From contig NC_052146.1 of NCBI RefSeq assembly GCF_902713615.1, forward strand, positions 53,498,388-53,562,387: a stretch of 64,000 bases of DNA, in the 5' to 3' direction. This DNA is from Scyliorhinus canicula (Eukaryota). The notes under the pieces are model-generated. The model was not told the origin of the DNA. It made no database searches and saw only the letters and a program-made list of their open reading frames with translations. Positions 12,491-24,020 of the stretch are shown one piece after another. The number at the start of each line of letters is the position of its first letter. Within the stretch, counting starts at the first letter, position 1. The position numbers and the translations under genes were made by a program.

Positions 12491-13846
12491 AGTTAATAAA
12501 GTGTAAGCTAACCTCCACTGTAAAGTGAGTACTTTGTCGAAGGTAAATCCCTCAGCGTGATTGAGGGCACCTCACACACATGCTGACAATGTGTTTTGTT
12601 TTCTGTTTGGACAGGAATTCTTCGTGTCATGGTAGGTGAACACACAAAAAAGTGGGAAACATTTAAGCTGTGCAGATTCTACAAAAGCTGTGCCTTGACA
12701 CCCTAAGTTTGAATGAATACGGAGCTTACCTGATGCTTCCTGAGGGTGCAGGTCTCAAGCAGCTGTCAGACGAGGGAGAGAAGGACAATTATGGAGAGAG
12801 TTGTGGCCTTGCAGCGGTAATGAAAACTGCAGGGAAGAGGCTAAATTTCTGACTGAAGATTAATTCAAGAGAATTTGATTACGTCGTGTTGAAAATGGAG
12901 GGGAAACTGGGAAAAAGGTTGACGTGAGACTGGGGATGCTTTGTGGCCTGGTGAGGTGCTGGGGCAAGAGAGAGGGGTGGAATTGAGGGCAGGAAATGAA
13001 AGCATAAACGGGCATAATGCATTTTCTGGAGATATCCAGCTTTGGCTGTCGACAGATCTGTTAACAAGCAGTATATGAAGCACGAGGGATTCAGATCTAT
13101 TTGCAACTTTTATTTCTTACTCATTGGTTTGTCCTGTTTGAATTTGTGGGACTAATGGATTCAACAGTTTTATTTGTAATTTGCAGTTTATAATCCTTGA
13201 AGAGCTGCTGATGCAGTGCCGCCCTTTTGTCTGTGCCCCAATTGGGCAAGAGGATGAGTGAGTGGGATGGGCGAGGCTCGGCTTCAAGTGTAGAACATGA
13301 CAGTGGAATGTTGGAGAGCGCTGAAGGTTTCATTCCTGGGCACATCTTACAGTGCAGCAGTACTCAAGGCAGCAGCACAGCTACTCACTGCACAGCGACA
13401 ATATACACGTGTTTGCACTCGGGAAGTGTACATTATGCTCAGTATTGGAATGTTTTGCAAACAGATAAAACACTGATGTTAAGTGTAATCTTTAATAAAG
13501 GCAAAGGGAGTCAGATGGTGGGAGTATTATTGCTGATTCTTCCTTTTGCCTGTGATTGTTTGCTGATGGGTGGAGGGTGTTGATATGGTTGACAGTGATG
13601 TAGTTTGAATTTGATAAGGGGACTTTAAGAGCCTTACTCACCCCAGTATAATTTCCTATCAATGATGGAGTGTTTTGAAGGATGTCGCCGGACATCCAAG
13701 AGTGGTGGGGTGGCATGAGGGATCGGAAGAGGCCATTCAAAACCCAGTAGGCCATTCGGCCCCTCGAGCCTGCTCTGCCATTTGGTAAAGTCCCGGCTGA
13801 GATCTGCTTGTGTTTCGAATTCCTCGTTTTAAGAAAAAATTGCAGG

Positions 13847-13995
13847 ATGAAATGAAAATCGCTTATTGTCACAAGTAGGCTTGAAATGAAGTTACTGTGA
13901 AAAGTCCCTAGTTGCGTGCCTGTTCGGCGAGGCTGGTACGGGAATTGAACTGTGCTGCTGGCCTTCCTTGGTCTGCTTTCAAAGCCAGCGATTTG
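13847..13995 (-). mobile_element. tRNA-derived SINE with CTTTTCACAGTAACTTCAT..GTGACAATAAGCG tail (probably L2-type), 5' truncated
   Basis: Similar to the 63591-63772 copy; B-box-like GTTCAATTCC on minus. Confidence 0.75.
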
Positions 13996-13999
13996 TGTG

Positions 14000-14760
14000 G
14001 GTCGCTGGCTGGGGCTTCAGCATTTTGTCGTCCTTCCATAATTGCTACTTGAAAGTGGGTGAGCTCCATTGTGATCCCTCTGCAGTCCCGTGTTGTAAGT
14101 ACACCCTCGGCACTGTTTGGAAGGGAGCTCCAGGATTCTGACCCAGCGAAAGTGGAGGAAAGGCCAGTTGGGATGGTGTGTGTTGGGCTCAGAAGGGGAT
14201 GCTGTAGCTGCTTGGTGTTCCCCATGTGTCTTCTGCTGCAGCCTTGTCCTAGACATTAGAGATAGCGGATTTGGAAGGTCGAAGGAGCCTAGGCGAGTTG
14301 CTGAGGTGCATCTTGTACACACAACTGCCACTGTGCGTCAGTGGTGGAAGGAGTGAATGTTTGTGGTTAGCATGTCGATTGAGCAGGGCTGCTTTTTCCT
14401 GGATGGTGCCCATCTATTACCCCCCTCCCGACGATTTAATTCCATCGCCTAACAAGAGTCTTATCTACCTCCACTATTAAAATGTTCAGTGACCCTCGGC
14501 CTCCACTGCTGTCTGAGGCAGAAGGCTCCAAAGTCTCTCATCCCTCCCACAAAAGATATCTCCTCATCCCTGTGCCTAATCTGAGGCCTAATTTTAAAAC
14601 CGTGTCCTCAGCCCAGGCCCACAGTTCTGGAATCATCCATGAAAGGAAGCACCTTTTCCCATGTCCACTGTGTCAATGCCTTTCAGGATCTTTCATACTT
14701 CAAATCAAGTCACCCCCTAAACTCCAAGCGGAAACGAGCCGGGTCTGTCTAAACCTTTTC
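14000..14760 (-). mobile_element. Old CR1 3'-end fragments (two families)
   Basis: Minus strand reads GSESWSSLPNSAEG plus CR1 3' UTR motifs, shared with the fragments at 38000-38190 and 27120-27220. Confidence 0.65.
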
Positions 14761-14814
14761 TTTTTCCGGGCATCAGTCAAGCAAAGGAAAACAGTAGATT
14801 CTGGACAATTGGGT

Positions 14815-15120
14815 GAAGCAATGCTTCGCCTGCACCTCCTTTAATCTGGTCTATTGCATTTGCTGCTCCCAATGTGGCCTACTCTATTGGGGAGACTAAA
14901 TGCAGACTGGGTGACCTGCAGAGCACCCTCGCTCCGTCCTTAAGCAGAACCCAGACCTCTCCGTTGCTTGCCATTTCAACTCGCCGACTTTGCCATCATG
15001 TTCCGCAGTTCGGCCTGCTGCAATGTCCCCAGTGAAACCTGACGCAAGCTGCAGGAACATCTTCCAATTAGGCAGGTTACAGTCTTCGGGCAAAACATCG
15101 ATTTCAACAACTTCAGAACG
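14815..15120 (+). mobile_element. Penelope-like element fragment (GIY-YIG endonuclease)
   Basis: Broken frame F.CTSFNLVYCI.CSQCGL.YIGETK.RLGD..EH.RSV..PDLSVACHFNS..IF.LG.LQ.SG.NIDFNNFR. Confidence 0.85.
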
Positions 15121-15259
15121 TGAACTCTCTCCTCCACCTTCAGCCCATTGTTATTTCCATCAATTCATTTTCATTTTTCTTCCTTTAAAAAATATTTTTA
15201 TTGAAATATTTGTAAAATTTTATAATAATAACAGCAAAAGAACATTAAACATTAACATG

Positions 15260-15656
15260 GTGAAATCGATCGCGAGGCGTTCAAAGGGCCTAGAAGCCTT
15301 GACCAGGTGGGCTCTGTCTGGTCTATAGAAGTGTCGTTTGCACTCCGCACAGATCGATCAGTCTGGTGACCGCTTATACCTCCTCAGTGGAGAAAGGCAG
15401 ATTTCGGACTTTGATGTAATGGGCGAGCCGGGTGGCAGAGGTCGTCGTGGATGACTTTTAGGCGGTTGCTCTGTGCGCTGGCGCACGTCCTTACGGGATA
15501 GGGCATCTGGGGGCTCGTTGAGCTTCCCCGGTCGATACTTAATATCGTAGCTATAGGTGGAGAGTTCGATCCTCCACCGCAGAATTTTATAGTTTTTAAT
15601 TTTGCCCCTTTGCGAGTTGTCGAACATGAAGGCAACCGATCTTTGGTCGGTGATGA
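15260..15656 (-). pseudogene. Isolated Gypsy pol fragment (RNase H end to integrase start) from a second, younger family
   Basis: LITDQRSVAFMF..KIKNYKILRWRIELSTYSYDIKYRPGKLNEPPDALSR..HDDLCHP..ICAECK..SRPFERLAIDF. Confidence 0.9.
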
Positions 15657-16003
15657 GGGCAGCACGGTAGCATGGTGGTTAGCATAAATGCTTCACAGCT
15701 CCAGGGTCCCAGGTTCGGTTCCCGGCTGGGTCACTGTCTGTGCGGAGTCTGCACGTCCTCCCCCTTTGTGCGTGGGTTTCCTCCGGGTGCTCCGGTTTCC
15801 TCCCACAGTCCAAAGATGTGCGGGTTAGGTGGATTGGCCATGCTAAATTGCCCGTAGTGTCCTAAAAAGTAAGGTTAAGGGGGGGGGGGTTGTTGGGTTA
15901 CGGGTATAGGGTGGATACGTGGGGTTGAGTAGGGTGATCATTGATCGGCACAACATTGAGGGCCGAAGGGCCTGTTCTGTGCTGTACTGTTCTATGTTCT
16001 ATG
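15657..16003 (+). mobile_element. HE1-like V-SINE, young full-length (CR1-type tail)
   Basis: Full tRNA head and V-core; tail CGGCACAACAT.GAGGGCCGAAGGGCCTGTTCTGTGCTGTACTGTTCTATG matches the CR1 3' end at ~36590-36641. Confidence 0.95.
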
Positions 16004-16793
16004 AGTAACACAATGATGATCGGCTGGATTCTCCGTTTCTGAGGTGAAGTGCCGATGCAAATGGAGATTCCACAGGAAGTTCACGACATGAAAATCGGTG
16101 TGAACCCCTCACCGATTCCGGTACCAGTGAGGGGCTAGCACCGGTGCCGCTTGAGACTCCCATGGATCGCACCAAAAATGGCCGGAAAATGGTTATGTCC
16201 TCGGCCGCGCCGGCAGTGCTTGAACCCTACCCGCCCCCTGCTATCCCCCACCATTCCCACCAGCCCTAGCAGAAGTCCCCCCAGCCAGCGGCACAGATCC
16301 CGGATGCATGTGGCGGGACACTGTCGGCAGCCGGCACGTTGTGTTCCCGACTGCTGGGACCACACGTGGCCCGCATGTCGGGTTCTCGGTTCATCGGGAG
16401 CGGAGCATCGTGGATGGGCCAGCCAATGACATGCCAACGGCGTTTAAATGGCACGCAGCGTGCATCACAATGACACGGTTTTTGCCAGAACATGGCAGAC
16501 CAGCGTCAAATTGGTACCAGACCCGATTCCTCCGTCAGAATCCATTCTCCACCCAATCGCCGACCACAATTTTGGCATTGGACCATGGAGAATCCAACCC
16601 GATGTTTATTTATAATGCATACTATTTACAAAGGAGCCTGGTTGACCCGGTCCTCGCTCTCTGTCAGTCCTATCTGGCCGACCTTATATACAACCCCGTA
16701 TCAGCCCCGTAGTTAGCGGGGGAGTTCATACTCCTTGAACCATACGAGGAACACAAACAATGCAGCCCCGCATGCTCCGTGCAGGTTATTACA
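16004..16793 (-). mobile_element. Gypsy-type LTR remnant interrupted by a MITE
   Basis: Minus strand starts TGTAATAA at 16793, has GTATATAAG and AATAAA, and shares TATGAACTCCCCC with the LTR at ~21590-21830. Confidence 0.55.
16021..16600. mobile_element. PIF/Harbinger-type MITE
   Basis: TIRs CGGCTGGATTCTCC / GGAGAATCCAACCC; perfect 3-bp TSD GAT. Confidence 0.9.
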
Positions 16794-17186
16794 GAATCCA
16801 TGTACAGTATTTATAAATAACATGGCAAGCTTTGACATGGTTAGGGACTGGGAAAGATAAGCTTGGATTTCAACAAGGCAATTATTCAAACAGGTGTGTT
16901 TTTATGCTGATCAAAATGTGTATTTTCTTGCGGTTGGCCTTCGGGTCCTGGGAGGGCAGAGGCGGGGGCGGCGAGCTGCACCAAAAATGATCAGCACAGG
17001 GTGCCACCAACTGTAAATCCACCAATGCTGCTGATCTCTGTGTGACACCTTCAGGCACTTTTAAGGCATGCTCATCAATCAGACCCAAATTCAATGCTTA
17101 AGCCAGATTTTCAAACAGGTGTGATTTATTACAACCGCACCCATTAAGCAGCTATTTTCACCCACTCATCAAAATAATTCTCACTT

Positions 17187-17390
17187 GAGCAGCACGGTGG
17201 CGCAGTGGGTTAGCCCTGCTGCCTCACGGCGCTAAGGTCCCAGGTTTAATTCTGGGTTTGCACATTCTCCCCGTGTTTGCGTGGGTTTCACCCCCACAAC
17301 CCAAAGATGTGCAGGATAGGTGGATTGGCCACGCTAAATTGCCCCTTAATTGGATATTCTAAATTTATAAAAAAATAAATTAAAAAAAAT
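17187..17390 (+). mobile_element. Short V-SINE with A-rich tail and long TSD
   Basis: 14-bp TSD AATAATTCTCACTT (17173-17186 and 17391-17404); tRNA head and shortened V-core. Confidence 0.9.
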
Positions 17391-18309
17391 AATAATTCTC
17401 ACTTCAGATGACGTTAAAATTATGAGCAAAAAATGTCTGAGAATCTGCTTCTTGTATACCCCCCCCCCCCCCCCCAATTTTCCATTAATTATTGCATAAT
17501 TAAGTGGTCAGTGAATGATATAGCAATGTATGCCTATGTGCATTGTATAATCTCGTAGGTGCTATGTGATATAATCCAGTGGCATAAAATGCATCAATTA
17601 ATAAATATGATGCTGTACAGAAGGGAGCTATTCAGAAGATATTGGGTGCGAGGCCTGGATCGGGCGCTGTTTAATACTGGTCCACACAAATGATGAACAG
17701 GCCTAATGGCACCAGGGGGTCTGCCACGCCTTTGGAGACACCTGGGTGGTCGGGGACAGGGCAGGTTGGCCCCCTGGCTCTTCCTCTGGCACCTGGGCAT
17801 CTTGGCACTGACAGTCTGGCACCTTGGCACTGCCCCCCAGCACTGCCAGTGTGCCCAGGTAATATTGCCAGGCTGGCAGGGGCACTGCCACGTGCCTGGA
17901 TGGTAATGCCACATGTCTGGGCCTGTGGGGGCCCATGTCCATGAAAAGGGGGATAGGGGAGTATAAAGAGTTGGGGGGGTGGGTGAAGAGAGGGTATGCC
18001 GAGGCCTAATAACGGTTGGGAAGGTGAAGTGTGGGAAGCCCTAAGTGTGGCTGAATAGCGGTGTGGATCTCACCCAAAAAGCCAGCGAGAGACAACCTGC
18101 CACAATTGCCCAAAATGGCACCTAAAAAATGTTTTGGTTGAATCACATCCATTGCCTGTTTTGGTTCTTTGATGGTGCTATTCATTGATTTCTGCTTCCC
18201 TACGTTTTCCCCATAGTCCCGTAAATTCTTCTCCTTCAAGTATTTATCTAATTCCCTTCTGAAATATATTATTGAACCTGCTTCTACTACCCTTTCAGGT
18301 TGCGATCTG

Positions 18310-18712
18310 TGTCATAATATACATCCATGTATATGATGGAGTGCAGACAGGCAGTGATTGACACACAGGATGACCAGTGAGCACACAGAACACAGCAGCC
18401 AATCACCAGACAGGACATGACCACTATAAAGCCAGAGGGCACCAGTTGTCCCGCTCTCTTGGGATCCAGCCTCTGAGACAGTCAGAGCTCGTGAGCAGCA
18501 GCTAGTACAAACACCATGTGGTAGTCAGTTAGTCTGGTCAGGTTAGCCTTGGGTCCCCAGTCAAGTCAGTATAGTGTCAACCCACAGTTAAACATGTAAT
18601 ATAGTTAGATGTTAAATAAAATGGTGTTGCATCTCATCAAGTGTTGGAAGCCTGTCTTTCTCTACACTGCATCAAACGCAGTCCACATAGACCCAGCTTA
18701 CCCAACACATCA
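18310..18712 (+). mobile_element. Solo LTR (403 bp)
   Basis: TG...CA ends; perfect 5-bp TSD ATCTG; CCAAT (~18399), CTATAAAG (~18424), AATAAA (~18615). Confidence 0.9.
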
Positions 18713-18817
18713 ATCTGGATATAAATACTGACAAGACTGCTAAGAAAAGTAGACAGGATGCTTGGTTTTAGAAATTAAGACATAGAAGACAAAAGCAAGG
18801 ATGTTTTAACTTATATT

Positions 18818-19052
18818 CCTTTTTCTAAATAAATTTAGAGTACCCAATTCATTTTTTCCAATTAAGGGACGATTTAGCATGGCCAATCCACCTAGCCTGC
18901 ACATCTTTTTTTTGGGGTTGTGGAGGCAAAACCCACGCAAGCACGGGGAGAATGTGCAAACTCCACACGGTCAGTGACCCAGGGCCGGGATCGAACCTGG
19001 AACCTCGGCGCCGTGAGGCAGCAACGCTAACCATTTCGCCACCATGCTGCCA
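18818..19052 (-). mobile_element. Short V-SINE with A-rich tail and long TSD
   Basis: 15-bp TSD GTTTTAACTTATATT (18803-18817 and 19053-19067). Confidence 0.92.
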
Positions 19053-19069
19053 GTTTTAACTTATATTAT

Positions 19070-20160
19070 AAAAAATGTTGCTGTGTGCCCCCTCTGGTTC
19101 TTCTGTCAGTCACATTAAATCTGTGTCCTACCGTTACCAACCCTTCTGCCAGTTTCTCCTTAGTTATTCTTAACGAATATTCATGATTTTGAACATCTGC
19201 ATCCAATCTCCTCTTACCTTTCCCTTGTCTGAGGCGAACAACCCCAGTTTCTCCAGTCCCTCCACATAGTGAAGTTCCTCAATCCTGATGCCTTCTTTGG
19301 GTGGGATTTCTGGTCGATCCTGCCGAAGGCGAGCCTCCGCTGTGAGTTCCGTGGTGGCAGAGGATGCGAACAATGGGAAACCACATGGGCAACCATTACA
19401 AATCACGGCACAGCGGGGGGAGGGGGCTGCAGGGGGAATCCTGTCTAATTTCGTCACTGCTGTGTCAAAGCGTATTGCGCAAAATTAAATGTAACACTCC
19501 AGTCGAGGCCCAACCAATATCTTAAAGAAGTTAAAATTTCCTTGTTTTTGTCTTCTGTATCCCCATTACTAATGTAAAGGATCCTGTTTACTTTTCTTAG
19601 CAGTTTTGTCTATTTGAATTGCCACCGTCAGAGATTTGTGTCCCACCCTGCTGTTCCTGCACACCCTTTAACTTCTTTTTATGTATTTTAAAAGAAATTG
19701 AGAGTACCCAGTTCTTTTCCAATTAAGGGGAAATTTAGTTTGGCCAATCCACCTACACTGCACACCTTTGGGTTGTGGGGGTAAGACCCAAACAGACACA
19801 GGGAGAATGTGCAAACTCCACACGGACAGTGACCCGGGGCCAGGATCGAACCTGGGTCCTCAGCACCATGAGGCAGCCGTGCTAACCACTATGCCGCTCC
19901 CCTTCTTGCCCTTTAACATCCCATTATTTTGCTTCTGGTCAAAATGTATCACCTCACACTTCTCAGCATTAAATTTGATCTGTTGTCTTTTGGCCTATTT
20001 CAATAGTCTACGTCTTCTGTTACTATCCATCACATTGTTTATTGGACTTCTGAGCTTCGAGTCATCTGTATGCTCTGAAATTATGCTCTGTATACCCAAA
20101 TCAAGATCATTAGTCTATCAAAAAGAGCAGTGGTCCTAATACTGACCGCTGGTGAACACC
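19070..20160 (-). mobile_element. Old degraded CR1 ORF2 fragment, interrupted by a small MITE (~19299-19446) and a SINE
   Basis: Minus-strand remnants LEKLGLF..RGD...FKIM, IKFNAEKCEVIHF, SVLGPLLF.I..NDLD. Confidence 0.7.
19673..19908 (-). mobile_element. Short V-SINE with A-rich tail
   Basis: Same structure as 18818-19052; flanked by the repeat CCCTTTAAC. Confidence 0.85.
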
Positions 20161-20579
20161 ATTGTCTACTTGATTCCAGAGTAAACCACTTCATCATGTT
20201 TCCCACAGACAAAAGGAGGAGAGAATATTGAAATATAATTTTGTTTCAAACTGTTGTGACAGCTGGCCAGCTCAAAGAGGCCAAAACTGAAAATGACTTG
20301 GGTTAGATAAATAATATAAAAGCAATAATAAGCTAAAACAACTCCCAACTTCTGGCGCAAATCTTTATACAATTAAGGCTAATATATATAGATTAATTAT
20401 ACAACTTTTGGAACAAGTTTACAATATTAATACTCAATTGATGCCATTTGATACAATCCTCTGAAAAAGATTTCACTGTTCTGTAGCTACGTAACGACAT
20501 TAGATCTTGCATTTCACTGTTAATGGGTAGTCAGTCGGCCCTTGTTTTCTTTTTGCATTTATGGTAATCCTCACAAGAC

Positions 20580-21830
20580 CCACGAGGACACATCAATTGA
20601 TTTCCCCATGGGACCCGTGGACCATGAGCTCCTCCATTAGCGGACAGAGGCCCATCAACTGGGGCTAAAACACTCCCCTTATTAAAGCCAATCTGGATGG
20701 AGACCGGTACGTTGGGTAGTGTCGGTTGGGACCTTTGAGCTGTAACATCACTGAGGAGTACATAAGCCATCATAAAAACATCGTCCAGGTTCACAGATTG
20801 CTTCAGCAGATTCCCGCCGCCTGTACAACCCCATCGTCGCCAATAGCGGACAAAGTAGTATTAAGATTGAACTAAATGGACATCCAGCAGTGACAGTGCG
20901 CAAATCCGGATGAATGTTTCTGCTCCTTGTCGACGCCCACTCAAAGTGAATGGATGTGCACGGAATATCTTCCACCACCTCGCAAATCACCTCAGAAAAA
21001 TTGCACCAATCCTTCAGCATCCATTTAATTCCAGGGGTGCTTGTCACAGATAATTGATCCCCGTTTACCAGCAAAGGATTCCAGGCATTTATGCGGGGCC
21101 TGTCCTCATCACCACCTATCCTCAAACGGTCTGGCTGAGCGTGCAGGCCAGACATTTAAACAGGGCCTGAAGAAACAGAATGTAGCTTCCCTTGAGATGG
21201 CCCAGTGTTTGTTGAATTATCAGATGACGCCGCATGTCACAACCTGGCTAGCCACACTGGATGAATCTGTGCCTCGACCACACTATCTGCCGTTCTTTAA
21301 TCAGGAAGTACTTCCCATCAGGATCCATGCCCAGGCGAGCAGGACATGGACAACACAGCCTCAGATATGGTCACAGAATCCTCAATGCTCCTGGAGGACA
21401 TTGCAATCAGAAATGGGCCTTCAACAGTGCCTCTTGTGCTCTCCGAGTGCAAAAGGTGCTACCCAACAAGATATAAGCCCCCTGACCCACCAACAGATGC
21501 TGGAAGCACAGACACGACGAAGTAACAAAAGAGACCCCTTCAATAATCCATCATAGGGGAATCTTCAAACTTGGGGGAGTGGGGAGGGATATAGTAACAC
21601 TCATGGGACCCACGGGTCACCTCAATTGATCTCCCCATGGGACTCATGGACTATGAACTCCCCCTCTAGCTGGCGGAGGTCCACCAGCTGGGGCTCGAAC
21701 ATTTGCCTTATAAACGTTGGCCCAGACTGGGGCCGCCATTGCTTGTAGTCCCGGTTGGGACCTTTGAGCTGTAAGCGGCATTGCTGCCTTTACTTTGTGT
21801 TGATCAATTAAATATTGTGGCTGAATGCTA
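20580..21830 (+). mobile_element. Internally deleted old Gypsy element with two diverged LTRs and integrase remnants
   Basis: Direct repeats ~20580-20745 and ~21590-21775 share TCAATTGAT.TCCCCATGGGAC and CGGTTGGGACCTTTGAGCTGTAA. PPT GGGGAGTGGGGAGGGA at ~21573. Integrase motifs FLLLVDAHSK, SSNGLAERAGQTFK, LLNYQMTPHVTT. Confidence 0.85.
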
Positions 21831-22309
21831 TAACTAATAGGGAATTGGCAATCGTGGTTAAGTGAGCACTTCACACAACCCAAGTGGATTCCCGTGGGTG
21901 GGCGGGCCATGTAGCATGTGGGTGTCATAGCCTAGCATTCTAATCAGACCGTGATGACTGGACAGTGTACCTGAACACTGCAGGAGGCTACACCACACTC
22001 GAGCAGCCATCATCCGAACACCCAGGGGGTGGGAAACAGCTCCAGCAACATGTCCAGAGCCAGAGGGTGGCTGAATGCCATAGGTAGGGGCCAGCGCCCA
22101 GTCCGGGTGATGTTGTGAGCGGGTGTCCGGAGTACAGGGTCTGGGGACTGGTGAGGGGGGCCCGCTGCAGCCTGGAGTACATAGGGAGGGCGTTCTGGGT
22201 AGGGTGGTGGTGGGGAATCAATGGGGAAATGAAGGGTCCTGAGTTGGGAGCCACTGCTGTTTGTCGGTCTAACACCCTCTCCCAGTGCCTTACAGATATT
22301 GAACGCTAT

Positions 22310-23005
22310 GGCAGGGATGTTGGACGCAGTGGTTGCCCTAGTGATGCTGGTGCTATGTGATGTGGCAGATACTAGAGAAGGCAGCTGCAGCAGCATCTGC
22401 ACTAGCTTGAGGCAGCGGCCCATGTGCCAGACCTGACCCGCACCCTGAGTATCTGGCTGCCCATCAGGCTAGGGGGGGACCCAGAGGGGGAGTCCCGCGA
22501 TGGCCCAGGGTGTACAGGCGGCGCCGGTCATTTGAACAAATGATGGACAGCGTGAGCCACAGGAGGCTCCACCTCAACAAGGAGACGTTTTGATACCTGT
22601 GCCATACCCCCGTGGACTTGGCACCACATGGAGGACGATAGCACATGCTCCCGGTGGCTGTCAAGGTCACTGCAACCTTGACCTTTTATGTTGTGGGATC
22701 ATTCCAGAGTTTGAGCGGGGCGTGATAGGCATCTCACAGGCCACAGCCCACAGGTGCACCCGGGGGGTCACGAATACCCTGTATGCCCAAACAGAAGACT
22801 ATATCATTTTTGACATGGCCCATCAGGATACCCGGGCAGCAGGATTCTCCACCATCGCCAGGATGCCCCAGGTCCAGGAAGTCATAGATGCCATGCATCT
22901 TGCCCTGCGCTCACAGGGCATCTGGGGGTACCCTTTGTTAACCAAAAGGGGTTCCATTCCCTCAACATACAGCTCGTGTGCAACCACCAGATGAAGATAA
23001 TGCGC
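22310..23005 (+). pseudogene. Harbinger DDE transposase (HARBI1-like) N-terminal half, frameshifted
   Basis: RRLHL.KETF.YLC; LPVAVKVTATLTFY..GSFQ; GISQATAHRC; AAGFSTIARMPQVQEVIDAMH; N.KGFHSLNIQLVC. Confidence 0.88.
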
Positions 23006-23029
23006 GCTATGGATCTGCTGGAGTGACGC

Positions 23030-24020
23030 TGACATCTCCATCTGAATGTTCGGGTTGGTCCCTATCATCCCCATCAGCTCCGGGTAATCCTGTTCCAGAG
23101 ACTCAGCATCAGGCTAGGATCCATCTGGGTCCAGGGATCCAGCAGACCTCTGACTGAGACAGCAGTTTCCCACTGAGGTGTGTGTATCTGCGCTGGTGGA
23201 GAGTGGGGGTGACAGCTGTGCCGTGGCTACACAGTTGCATACTCGGAGCTCTCCTCCGAAGTGTTCTCCTCGGGGTCAGGAGAGGATGCTGCCCGGGATG
23301 GGTCGGCTCCGTCGGCTGGAGGACCTGTGGGAGAATGGACATGTGGGCAGTGGGAGGGATGGGTCAGCCAGTAAGGCAATCACTACTCACGTTTGGCAGG
23401 TCCCCCGGGTGGAGCCTAATTGTTGCTCACCTCTGCAGCGTCTGCCAGCCTCCGCATTGGTGACCGCCCTGTCCTCGGCCACACCATCACCTCCAGGGCC
23501 CGCTCCTCAAAGTGGGTCAGGATTCCCACGTCCTGCACCCCGACTCCAGTCTGGGCCTTCTCCCGCCGATTATGGGAGAGCTTTTCCTGAGGAGACACAG
23601 TGTAGGCATCGTTAGCCAGAAGCGTGGTTCACAGTGGTGGGGGGGAGGGGGGAGGTGAAGGGAGGGTTGAGGTGAAGGGAGGGTTGAAGGGGTGGATGTA
23701 GGGAGTGCTGAAGGGGGCGGGATGGAGGGAGGATTGGGAGTCCCTTGGGGTGATGCTCCTTGGGAGGTGGGACGTTGTCTACTCTCTCGTGCTGCCCGGT
23801 GTAGGTGGTTGACCTTCTTCTGACACTGGAGGCCGGTCCTCCTGGTCACACTGCCTGAGCCGACTGCTGCGTCCGCCTTGTCCCAAGCAGCACTGGCTGC
23901 CTTGTGGCTCACCCTCGGGGACCCTCATGGGAACAGCAAATCACTCCTGGCCTCCACTGCATCCAGGAGCCTCCCCAGGTCAGCAACCCCAAATCTTGGG
24001 GCCAGTCTCCTGAGCGCCAT
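23030..24020 (-). pseudogene. Harbinger Myb/SANT-like DNA-binding protein gene (spliced), degraded
   Basis: MALRRLAPRF..ADLGRLLDAVEARSDLLFP..AAWDK..TRRTGLQCQKKVNHL; acceptor TCTCCTCAG|GAAAAGCTC at ~23588; GTGAGT...CCCACAG intron at ~23390-23324. Confidence 0.85.

Noticed and set aside
15657-15730. tRNA-like A/B-box sequences here and at other SINE heads
   Set aside because: They are SINE heads continuing into V-core and LINE-type tails, not tRNA genes.
22310-24020. Domesticated host HARBI1/NAIF1-like genes
   Set aside because: Frameshifts, stops and truncation in a transposon context indicate dead elements.
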